Origin: Bugula neritina
Lineage: Eukaryota; Animalia; Bryozoa
Assembly (NCBI GenBank): GCA_964035545.1
Contig: OZ037765.1
Location: 8,814,698-8,878,697, forward strand
Length of the DNA: 64,000 bases
Direction: 5' to 3'
Below are positions 52,801-64,000 of this stretch, in pieces (position 1 is the stretch's first letter; every line of letters starts with the position of its first letter). The notes beneath the pieces are model-generated. The model ran no database searches, was not told the origin of the DNA, and saw only the letters and a program-made list of their open reading frames with translations. The position numbers were made by a program, and so were the translations under genes.

Positions 52801-55800
52801 AAGAATAAAATTATATTTTGGTTTGTAAAACTGTATACTCACTTGGCATTTAATAGCTGTTACTATTTCAATCAACATGGTTAGAGTGTAATGTTGAAGT
52901 TGCAGTGTAACATTTATCATAGTGTGACTTTATGACTTTTACATGATGTGTTCTATTCTGTAGATGGCAGAGATCTGGGAGACTGTCTTATAGAGGCTAC
53001 AGGTGCTTCAGTAGATCCACAGTCTAAGTAAGTTATGAGATATTACCTCTGTTATTTTAGTAGATTAGCCATAGTCCAGCTAAAAGTGCTATGCTTGTTG
53101 CTTGAAACAGCCAGTGACATTTTAGCAGCACTTGAAATATCTCTGTACATCCTAAAAAATGCACTTTTCTAGTGGACATAAGTTGAATACATTTCATATA
53201 TTAGAGTATGTGTTCACTAGGACTATATTGTACATCCACATTTATGTGTATACAACTTCCGCTGTAGATATCGTGTTTGGGACAGCCTACATCGATATGT
53301 TCACCCTGGTGACTCTGTGCTCTTGAAAGTTGAGGAAAGCTCCATTGAGGGTGTTGATGGTTTCTATGCTCAGATAGGGAACCAGGATTTACGAAAATAT
53401 TTAGAAAGTTTTGACGTACTCGAATCTCAATTGAATATTTACGCTCAAGAAAACCCAATTGACCCCTCCAACAAGTGAGATTGCATCTTAATATTAATAA
53501 CCATGGTGTACGGGCCATATTAATGTATAACTCTAATAACGCTTTTATTTGTCGTTGGTATGGTTGGGATAACTTTGTTTCTGTTGTGTCCAGGCCAGAT
53601 ATAGAAGATTTTGTGTTAGCTGAGTACAATGGCTGCTGGTCTCGGGGAAAAGTTTATCATTTGAAGAATAATCAGGCAGTAGTGGGATTCATTGATTATG
53701 GAAATTTAGAGACCAAACCAGTGGCTGAGTTGATGGCTCTACCCAAACAGTTTTCTCACTTTCCAGCTATGGCAGTCAGCATTCACTTGGAGGGAATTAC
53801 TGACCACCCGGATAAAGAAATGCAGAAACCCGCTGCTCAATTCTTAAAGGTATGCTGATTGTTGCCAGCTTTCTTCTCCAACTGTAGACATGCTAATATT
53901 TCTAGTTTACCATTAACTTTCTTCACATAGATGAGGGTTTTATTTTTAGGATCTCTTTAAAGAATCGATGAAAGCTGTTGTTAAAGATTTGAATAAAGAC
54001 ACATTATCTGTGGATGTTGTTTTGGAAGATGGCAGACGTCTGGTTGATCTTCTTGTCTCTTCTGGTCTGGCACAGCGGTGTACTCAGCCTTTAGTTGGTT
54101 CTCTTGTATATTCCACTTCCAAGTCTACTGCTGCTGACAGTGTGTTGTCTCCCCCTACACTCAATCAGAGACCCAATGACTCTACTTACTCTCTTTCTAC
54201 TCCCAGTTCTGGCGCTTCTCATAATCATTCAAATATCAAGGTTGGCGTTGAATCTGTCTTTTTGTTTATATCTCTTTTTATACTTTACAAATACACTCAC
54301 ACAGATGCAAACACGCACACACACGCTCATGCACGCCCATGTATGTGTTATATATATAACACATATAGATGGTTATAACCTTTGTAGTAATTAGTTATTT
54401 TACTTTGTTATTTTATTCCATCTCTCCAGCATTTCCATTTCTGTGTATACACTGTTTGAGCGTGCGTGCGTGCGTGTCAAGAATTGTCAGTCCAGTCAGA
54501 AGTATGTATATTACTGGTGGTAGAGCTACATGTTACTTTAGGTTTAAATTTTGAAAGTAATTTATTTCAAAAGCTGGCATACTATACAGTTTCTTACAAT
54601 CATCAGGCGCTATTATATATACATATACCATGCACATGTATGAATATATTACAGCCTTTGCAGTAGTTATTTCTTATATTCTATTTTTAGTCCTTGCCAA
54701 TACAGAGTGTGAATTCTCCAAAGCAAAGGTGACATATACCATACTCTATATGTATTTAGATCCTTTATATTTGATTTTGATTGTAAAAAAATATTTATAT
54801 CAAGTTTCTGCAATCATGTTGCGCTCTAATCATCAAGTAAAAGCTTTCTCAACAGCTTCATATATTTTTTGTTGCTATATTTTTTTACTTTTAAAAATAA
54901 TGCAAGTTTTGTGCAATAATCTTTTTACTCCAGCAACAAGAAGGTGTCAGTCAAATCATTACTAACACCGGGAAAGGAGTACGCAGTAAATATTCGTAAA
55001 CTCGACAAGACATCTACGTTTTGTGTCAGTGTTGCCCAAACTTCGCCTCGAGTTCTCAGCTCTTTGACAAAAAAGATCTCGGAGTATTATAACACAAATG
55101 ATGGCTGCTTCGTCGACAAACCAACTGCTGGTGTTGACGTCGCCTTTAGAAGTTCTGGGGGTAAGTTTGCCTCCATCACTGTATTCATCTTTTCATCCGT
55201 GGCTCTGCTCTTTCACCAGGAAGTTATCTGCCAGGAAATTATAATAACAGCTAAAGAATTGAATGTATGCTGACAATTTTCTGTCTTTACAACTTTTGCT
55301 TAGTTTTTTTGCTGTAGTGGTTTCCTGTAAGCATGCTCTTTACTATTTTGTATGTTTGCCAACTTTTCCTCCACATGTACCATTATAACAAAGAGTCGTG
55401 AATCTATCAATGTGTACACAGATGAATGGCGTAGAGGGCGTCTTCAGAAGATTGCCGCTGCTAGAAGAATTGTCCTGCTCCGACATTTAGATCATGAATA
55501 TGAAACAAGTAAAGTTTCTTTTGATGTGTTGAGAAAACTGATGCCTCAGTTTGCCGAGACTCCTTGCCAAGCCTTGCCTGTCTGTCAGCTGGAAAATGTT
55601 ACTGATGCTCTAATCAAACAGCAAACTTTGAAACCCAGAATGCAGCAAACTGTTACTTTGAAGGTTAGTAGATTCTTACCTAGACGGGGTTGTAAGTTGA
55701 AGCTCATAGTTTTCTGAAATTATTTCTTTTTATGATTCAACCATTATAGAATTGACTGGTAGGGCTGAAAATACCAGCAGTGGAAACTGTACCCCGAACA

Positions 55801-58800
55801 CCTCACTTCTAAATAAAGACCAGCTAAAGCTTGATGATGTCATACAATTATTTTTTGAGTTTTGGTGTACATTTTTTTGCAACAATAACCTATTACCTAG
55901 TAATGTTACAGTTGTGGCAACAGATAGCAATCTTGAAAACCCTTTAAATTAGCATAGTAGAAATGTACACACCACGTGTTGTTCTTCAAAAACGATTAAA
56001 TAATTTGATCTGCTTACTAAAACTCACACAATGGTTTCAGCACATAATAGTCTAAGTAGTTTACATTTTCTACACTTGAGCGAAAATCTTATGATTAAAA
56101 ATGCAGGTGCTGAGAGAAGAGGAAACAACTGGTGTATATATTGTACAAATTTTCAGTGATGGTAAACTATTAGAGCCTGTAGTTGGTAAGCACTATTACA
56201 ATACTGTTCCATCTATTCTTTTGTTATATTTTAAAACACTAATTTGATACTAAAACTTTCTTGGTAGTTATGAAAAGCACTGATATGAAATTTGATTTAT
56301 ATAACTGTTAGGGTTTTAAGCTCAGTATGTGAAGAGGTTTGGGAGGTGAACAAATGAATGTGTTTAGCTGATAGTAATTAAATGATTCTATAAGAATGTT
56401 AATCATCATTAATTCCTATACTTTTATCATTGATTGTCATTCCATGATTCAATGGAACATCAGCTGTATATTTATATAGAAGTAGGCTGGCTTTTTTCTG
56501 TAGAGAAACTCAGTTATATTACAGACTGAAACACTCCTCAATGTTTATATTGTACAGTGCTCCCTCCATATCTCACTAAGCTGTGGGTTCTGAAACCTCA
56601 ATTTGTGACAGTAGAATATTAGATTTAAATCACAGATTCATTAAATTCAGCCATTTTGTCCTTACACACATATACATAAGCCACAAAACGGCGATCCAAG
56701 TATTTATCGTGACCTATGGAATTTAGTGAGAGATGGATCTGTGAGATATGGAAAGAGAACTGAAATTTTAAAATCCCAATTAAATATGTATTTTACATTT
56801 TTAATTATTACAGTTTGCATCTCAAGTTGAGTGTTGCATGTTTTTATCAATTTGGTAACTTACTATTATGCAATCCTTACCTTATATCGGTTCTAATAGC
56901 AAATAACATATTTATTCTTAAAATAATTTTCTACTCAGATGAAAAATGGATCATGAATAAGAATATTTCATCAGTAAAGCTGCCAAGTGGGCCATTTAAG
57001 GCAAATATTCTGGAAGTTGTCAGCCCAACAAATATTCACATAACTCCTGCAGTTGCTAAAGGTTTGCATCAAATTAAAATACGAATAATTATTTTTAAAA
57101 AATTTCTATTATTTTTTATATTGTAATATTAACTTAGTAATGCCTATTAATTTTTTAAACTCCATTATCTTTTAAAGATTACATATAAAATGCTTCAAGT
57201 ATATAATGTTTACCAATCATGCAAATCCATTATATGTAATATCCATAATGTGTTATGCGGTGCTAAATTTTAATTATTATACAACATTAGTTAGTAAAAA
57301 ACATTTTTGCAGAATATTTGATTTTCTGTTAAACCCATAATGATGAATATTATTCTTTTTTGTTTAGTCTTTATTATAGATCTGAGTTATAATCTTTTTA
57401 GACCAGTGTTGTTGAAGCACTTAGATCAAATTGCTGCATGCAATACTTACAATCTCGTTTATTCTTTTGCAGATATTACTTACTGCAAGGATGTAGTGGA
57501 TAAGGAAGGTTGCAAGGCTCACAAAAAGCCGCATCCTTCTGCAGTAGAGCCCGGTGAGGTTCTGCTGGTGTTTGTTGAAGAATATAATGAGTGGGATCGG
57601 GCTGTTGTCCTGGCTAACCTAAAAGGGGGTCAGGTTTCTCTCAAATCTGTGGAATATGGAAATGTGTTTTGTGAATCTATCACAAACATGAGAGCGTTGA
57701 CAGTCGCAGCTGCTCAAGTGTCAATGAGGGCTGTGCAGTGTAAACTCGCAGGTGAGATGCCTGGGCTGTATTATACTCTTTACCTCTACCTTCAATGAAG
57801 CACACATGCTCTACTCTTCGTACTGTTTATTCTACAAGTTTACTGTTTCCTGTTGCCAGTCTTCGAATTTGACTCTATTACCCAGAAAAGATTCCTATTA
57901 ATTCTCATGATTCTTGTGTCATAGCTGTTGCCAACAGGCTAATCCTGGCAATGACCTGCGCCATATGTTGCAATAGACAGGCCAGGTTATTTCATCACAT
58001 TGCATCTCCTTATTTTTAAAGATGCTGCCTTATTTGTAGAATTGAAGAATTCAAGTAATTTTACTCTGTTGTACACTTTATTAAGTACCTATTAACCTTG
58101 TATTGAAACTGCATTAGGACTTTTAGTTTGAATTGGCAAGGTCTTGGATCAGGAAAAAAATAATTTAGTTGAAATTTGTGTTTTAAACAATGCAATAATA
58201 TATTTGTTATTTGAAGCACCAGTTATTTATTTTAGAAAAGTGGTAAACTTTGAATACTTTTCAAATGTTTTAAAAAAGTTGACTTTGCAGGCGTAGAAGA
58301 AAGTATCCCAAGAGATTCGTTGAAATATTTGTTGGGGTTGAAAGGAAGCCTAGTTACTGTGGAAGTTGTTGAGAACAACTCTGTTGGTGGAGTAGACATA
58401 TTAATTAATTTACAAGGTGTTAACATCAATGATCTTCTCACAGGTAACTGCCCCTGTTGGTAGCAATTCAGTTCTACTATATCTATTGAACTATTTGTCA
58501 AGTTCAACTTGCTTCATTGGCTGTTAGTTGGCATTCTACTTTATTGTCAAATTAAATTTAGTTTTTTTTTGGTACAGATTTTCACTTGTCAAGTTATATT
58601 ATTAGGGAATTTTTAAATGGATGTTGATCATTAGGATGATATATTACCCTGTATTTTAGCATGGCTATGTAGCAGTTAGCTATATATTATAAACAACTTT
58701 TGTCTCAAGTCACCGTAAACTACAATTCAACATATTTTCTAATTTTGGGGCAATTCTCTCAGCTAATTTATCACCAGGTTGCTGCAGTACTAATTGCTCA

Positions 58801-59210
58801 GGCTATTCAGTTTCCTCACTATATTATGTAATGAACTGTAGCAAGGCTTTTACTGTCAATTGAGTTGTATGTGTGCTAGTCGGTATAACTTAAAATAGTA
58901 TGAAGTTTAGTCATAACAGCTTACTGTGCTGGCATATGCACACTTAGTCCTAGTAGTGTGCTTGTTAATCACCTGGCTATAGACGTTGAAATATTTCACT
59001 TTAGGTGCAAAACAAGCCGGTGGTGATGCTGCACCTGCCACCAATGCTGCATTGTCGACTAACGGCCACGAGTTATTCAAAAGTGTTGCTTCTTCCAGTA
59101 AAATTGACGATGAACTAGCAACAATGAAAAATACCGTAAATTTACTCAGAATGGAAATTCAAATGCTGAAGGCAGAAATAGCTGAGCTCTCAAAAGAGCG
59201 AGGCAATTAA
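40806..59210 (+). CDS. vret: Vreteno-like piRNA-pathway Tudor protein: N-terminal WDPM motif, RRM, MYND zinc finger, five Tudor barrels plus one barrel-less module, C-terminal coiled coil (~1,550-1,600 aa, over 30 exons)
   Basis: Exon 1 encodes MAKTAEVEDLSCWDPMVEDY. RRM: NLFVRGIP...RNLFGEYGQV...AFVTM...LNG...VEFAK (41466-42522). MYND: CEQCGKPDSKYKCVGCHILYCSQDCQNRAWGSHKQVC (44341-44681). Tudor cores at 48327-48533, 49957-50212, 53594-53849, ~55100-55663 and 57473-57751. Phases are consistent throughout; stop TAA at 59208-59210. The RRM+MYND+Tudor architecture matches Vreteno; orthology needs a phylogeny. Confidence 0.8.
44977..45320. mobile_element. Harbinger/Tourist-type MITE (344 bp) in an intron of the Vreteno-like gene
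   Basis: ~70-bp TIRs GCCTAGGGCCACACTGTGCGTATTTTCGCA...; perfect TAA TSD at 44974-44976 and 45321-45323. Confidence 0.9.
45670..54431 (+). repeat. Intragenic tandem duplication of a two-Tudor exon block (copy 1 ~45670-50796; copy 2 ~50960-54431)
   Basis: Paired exons 45752/51043, 46423/51720, 48885/52539 (identical), ~49310/52964, ~49631/53268, 49957/53594 and 50333/53951, with similar introns in the 3' half. Confidence 0.95.
46160..46260 (-). mobile_element. Fragment of the same SINE family as 13134-13309
   Basis: Reverse complement contains GTGATGTTAGGAAAAGCATTCAGTCATAATTGCTCCT. Confidence 0.65.
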
Positions 59211-61425
59211 ACTAAATATTATGCAGGATAATCTGCAAGAAGCTCTCATGGCTTACTGTAAAGGTCTCCATCCATATATTCAATCAGCCAACTCATCCTA
59301 CTGGCTAGCCCACATTCAATATGTAACAATATTTTTTCACTTTATTGCAAGGAATGCATGCTTCAATCATATTTAACTATGCATTAGATATATTTTTCTC
59401 TGCAGAATATTTAAGTTTAATGCAGGTTAAGGTTTGAGATGAATCACGCATCCTGACAATTATTTTACTTTTTTTAAAGTTATGTCAATATTTAGTTTGC
59501 TTCACTAGTTATGCAAGTCTTGCAAGTATTTTCGATAAAAATTGCAAATGAAGAACATTTCTTCATGAAAATTGTGCTTAAGAAGTGGGTCGTGTTGCCC
59601 ATATATATTTCTGTAACTGACCCTGAGACAATGTTTTATTTTAGTTGGAAATATAAACATGCATTGACCTCAAGTCATTAGCTCTTATAATAGTATTTTT
59701 TGAACTTGCGATTAAAGTATATGACATTCATTCTGTTTCATTGATTTTACTTGACGTAAAAGCAATCTGTTTGCAAGAAAATAGTGAGTATATAATATTT
59801 CTATAAGCTACTCTATAATACTATACTGCATTACTGGGGTAAAACTACCCAACAAAGAAGTTTCACAATGTTGCTTTCAACAACCTTACAGTGATAATGC
59901 TAGACCTTGGCGCATAAGTTGCAAAATATCTTTCTGAATACATATTTATTAAAAGTTGGAATCATGTTTACTACACACATGTAGCAATAGGTTACTGAAA
60001 TTATACAAATCAAATACAACACATGATTAAAAAAAGTTTTTACGTGAAAGCTGATGGTTCAATGCAGCAATAAATATTTTATAAAAATACACAACAATAA
60101 AAATAGTGCAATAAAAAAACTATTGCAAAACAACAAATAATTTGTGATTTTAGAAAAAAATAACAAAAATAGGACAACAAATATGCAAGTATGATTGTGG
60201 CACAATAAAAAGGTTGACTAGTGTGCGCAGATATGTGGAATGTAGAACAAAAAATATATTTTCACCAGGGCTTTTACTAGTTGATACCATTTTGATGAGA
60301 GAAAGCTGCAATGAGATTTTTAGTTTTGGCATTAACAAAACGGGAATTAATCGTGCAAAACGATAAATACTACAGCTACCATATTGCACACAACATAAAA
60401 TGTGGTTATTGCACTAAGGAAAATTGCCCTTGGTGATGATACTTGTACACAAAATAATAAAACAAAGTTGACGATATTACAACAAAAATAACAAATATAT
60501 AAGCTTACTCTGAAAACATATTCTATCTACAATGTTGTGAACACGAACTTAACTTAGCAAAATAAATACACATTATGGAATGTGATAAATAAAGTAAAAT
60601 TATAACTTTTTTAAATTAAATGACATGATGTACATTTTGTAAGCGCTGTATGCAAACAATATATAGATATGTTGGAGAGATTCAGTTTTGAAAAATAGCT
60701 ACATCTTATTTAAGTGAACATAATAGAGGCAAGGAGTAAAACTTATAGAGGAAAGGGCAGTTTGAAGGTAGCGATAAAACAATACCTTGAACAAAAATAT
60801 GTCGCACAGCATAATACTTGGTCTAATACGGATGCTGTACATGTAAAATAGCATTTATATAACTTTACACAAAGAATGAAATATATTATAGGTGTTCTGT
60901 TTAGTTGATAGTACATGTGTATACATATACTAAGCAACAAACAGAACACTTCAATAAGTTAAGTATTTAAAACTAAACAATATCTCATCTACTTCAAAGA
61001 AATAAGTTAAGTAAAAATAACATTACTATATTTATATAGTTACTAACACATTAAAATATATTCAGGCTATATATCAAATATATACTATACGTTGTTAAAT
61101 AATATAATAGATTCTGATATCAGGATTGTTTATCTTTTCTAAATATGAAGCAAGAACCTCATAGTTAAAGTAGAGCTCCCTTCAAGTTTAGATGAGATAG
61201 GCTTTAATTAAGGATTTCCATGATGCATGCTCTGTCACAGGTTGATATCTATTATGTAATGGTTTTAATAGACCAGCTTGTTCAACTTAGCTTTACAGTC
61301 ACGTTTCTATAACTTAGTGTTACTTTAAGCTTCACAGCTTAATGTTGGTAGTTTTCACTACTTCTAACAGAATCACTCAACAATTCAAATGCTGATGGAA
61401 ACTTTACATTTAGTGGGATTTTCTG

Positions 61426-62750
61426 TTAAATTTTGGCAGAAGCTGTAGAGCCAGAGCTAGAGTCTCTATCTAGTTCATCCTTCCATTTGTCCACTGAGCG
61501 TCTTCTGGCATTCATGAAAAAGTTGGCAACTGTATTCGGCTAAAAGTATAAGTATCAAAAACATTGTTCTTAGTAACATAGTTTAGTCAATACAATTAAT
61601 TAAGTGCTCATAGAAATAAAAAGGCATAAGATATTTATGAAGTATAATCTTGGGCAGTAGATTTTTATAAACACTTATTTTGGCACACATGGTAAACAAA
61701 TCACATTGGCATAAAATAAAAACCTGTGGAGGATATATTAAAGAACCACTTGCAAATTCAAAGTTCACAGTAGTCAAACCAAGAAATTTTTAGTAGAAAA
61801 AGTCCAAAACTTAGCAATAAAAACTGAAGTCAAACAATTCTTTAGGACCAGAGTAGTGTTTGCTACATTGCTATAACAGCTCATTGGGGAATTTTAAATT
61901 AAATCATATAAACTAGTAAAAATAACGTCTTTTGTGAGTGCAAAGAAAGAAGACAACAAAGCTTATAGTCTTAGATTTACGAAAGTACTACGGAACACAA
62001 AAATATTACCTCTAACCCCAGTTGGGCTCCTATGGTAACTTGCATGTCCTTTGTTGGCCTTTTTGTCTCTTTAAAAATGGCTTGCAATGTTCTACGTTGA
62101 ATATCAGTGAAGACCAATCTTGGCTTCTTAGGACCTTGTCTTGTCTCATCACTGGAATGAGACATCATGTCATTCTCCATTTTCCTTTTCATTGGCATGC
62201 CAGGATTTGCAGTCCCTGTGAACATGACTTCTATAACCAACAATAATTTATTCCAGTGACTTGTCACTAGATGTGTAACTTTCTTGCACCTATACCACTG
62301 GCTAAGGACATAGTAGAGCATGCGGCAAAGCAATTACTGTAATTGTGTGAGAACACAATATATTCTCATAGAAGAGAATTGCATAAATTGGAGCACAACA
62401 GCCCATGCCTATTTACTGCATCTAACTACTAAGTAAACTAATTATATTTTCCATACAAGCAATTTCTGTCATGAGGAAACTAACAGAGCATAGGGATATT
62501 CTCAATAGGCAACTAGAAAATTATGCGGCCTAGTTAGACACACTCCCTTAACACAGTATAGTTGCTAGTGCATGCATATAGTATATATTATACATGAAAA
62601 GTTTCATTTTTTAAATTTACTTTGTGACTCTTATTATGTACCGTAAAATATTTTCTGCTGTATTAATTAAAGAATAAACACTCAAATCATACAGTAAATA
62701 CCTACCAGGCTTTATTTTAGGATCTTGCAAGTGCATCATTTGTTGACTGC
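61426..62750 (-). CDS. onecut: Onecut (HNF6-family) homeobox gene, 3' portion; exons 62706-62750 (linker micro-exon), 62010-62215, 61426-61539; CUT domain beyond the window
   Basis: KKPRLVFTDIQRRTLQAIFKETKRPTKDMQVTIGAQLGLE|PNTVANFFMNARRRSVDKW, with the Onecut-diagnostic F48/M50 homeodomain residues; stop TAA at 61426-61428. Confidence 0.95.
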
Positions 62751-64000
62751 CTAAAAAAATTAAAATAAAAGTATAACAAATTATAATTGGCTGCTCTAGT
62801 ATTTTGGTATATATCCAAAATACAACGGCAATATTTAAGCAAAATTTGGTTGACTGGTTCATAGGGTCAATTAAGAAAGTGGTTACAGTGATTAACCCTA
62901 TTGTTCACCAATTTTTGTAGGAAACAACTGAAGCATTTAAAATGCTTATGAGATAAAAATTTCAATGCACCTGTTGGGGAAAATGTATAAGAATTTTCAT
63001 CAATAGTTATCAATAATTAATAAGACGATCCAGTTTTCTTTCATTTCAGTATGTTTAATGCTAGCATACAATAACGCTTTGCCGATTCAACTGGAAAATC
63101 AGCCAGAATGTTCATCCTCAAAACAAAAGGCAAAAAGCAGCCGAAGTTGTTTGCTATTGTTATCATTTGACAGTTATACAAGACTCTGACAAAAGAAGAA
63201 TTTCTTTTGAGCACAAGTTGTTTGCAGATTCACCAAATATTATTCTACACATTCCATATCTGTTGCCTTTCAAACTGTTACATATTAAGATAATTTGTAT
63301 AGTATTGTTTAATATCATGATAGTTGTCAATTCAAACAAAACACGGTTCTTTAGAAAATAATAAGTTTTTCTTTCCTTTCAACTGCCAGGTGAATGTCAT
63401 ATAGAAAGGCAAAGCACTGAGCAGCAGACATATGCAGGGTTTCGAGTTTGATATTAATACGCTGCCAATTTATCTTGTGGCATAACGCTTCAACTTGTTT
63501 GCTTTAGGTCGCGTGGCAATATTTGCATTTTGCTGAGTGTTCTATACATAAACTAGCCATTAGCTGGCCTTTCAAGCCTTCAACTGCTGCAAAGCCTTTA
63601 TTATGTATGACTAAATTGCCTTCAAGCTTCAGCTGTGCTGCGTCAAATGCAACCCAAACACAACGAGTAATCTAATGGAGTGCACCCATAAATAAATTAG
63701 TTCCTAGTCTACAGTATCTCAGCATTGCTAATATATTTTGCTCACAGGCATCAGTTTGTGTTTGTATTATATTATGACTGACTATACTGTAACAGTAACA
63801 TACGGTATATGCTTAACTCAGCCCTATTCTCTCAAGGCTGCGCTTCCCTTCCTCAACTATGTCCATTCACATTGATCACTATGCAGACTGCAAACTTAGA
63901 AATTATACATTTGTAGAACTTATTGATATCTGATGGTAACTAATTAAGTGCAAAGGTGTTCCCCATCAAAATATCAATACGGCATCCCCAACATAGATCT

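Noticed and set aside
63380-63545. Possible additional Onecut exon
   Set aside because: A candidate acceptor exists, but the frames checked hit stops and show no CUT-domain similarity.

Overview
AT-rich, intron-dense genomic DNA from an invertebrate animal (species not determinable from the sequence). Manual splice reconstruction gives seven protein-coding loci: U1 snRNP protein C (SNRPC, +, 2446-6085); an orphan basic 320-aa ORF (-, 6542-7504); a 4-TM MARVEL-domain gene (+, ~13568-15767); an ENL/AF9-type YEATS gene (-, 16508-21018); CCDC186 (-, 23680-~34895); a large Vreteno-like piRNA-pathway gene (RRM + MYND + multiple extended Tudor domains, +, 40806-59210); and the 3' end of a Onecut homeobox gene (-, 61426->62750). 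Mobile DNA includes several Harbinger-type and one MULE-type MITE, a tRNA-derived SINE with a 15-bp TSD and a decayed CR1/L2-like LINE. Three observations stand out. (1) The last intron of U1-C begins with a 32-bp tandem array made of repeats of its own 5' splice site (14 near-perfect GTAAGTAT units), a candidate U1 snRNP autoregulatory or decoy element. (2) 6-bp-periodic TNA-SWN tracts resembling concatenated Harbinger target sites or footprints occur only around gene 5' ends. (3) An intragenic duplication in the Vreteno-like gene yields an in-frame extended-Tudor module lacking its Tudor barrel. All exon structures are inferred by eye, without transcript data.
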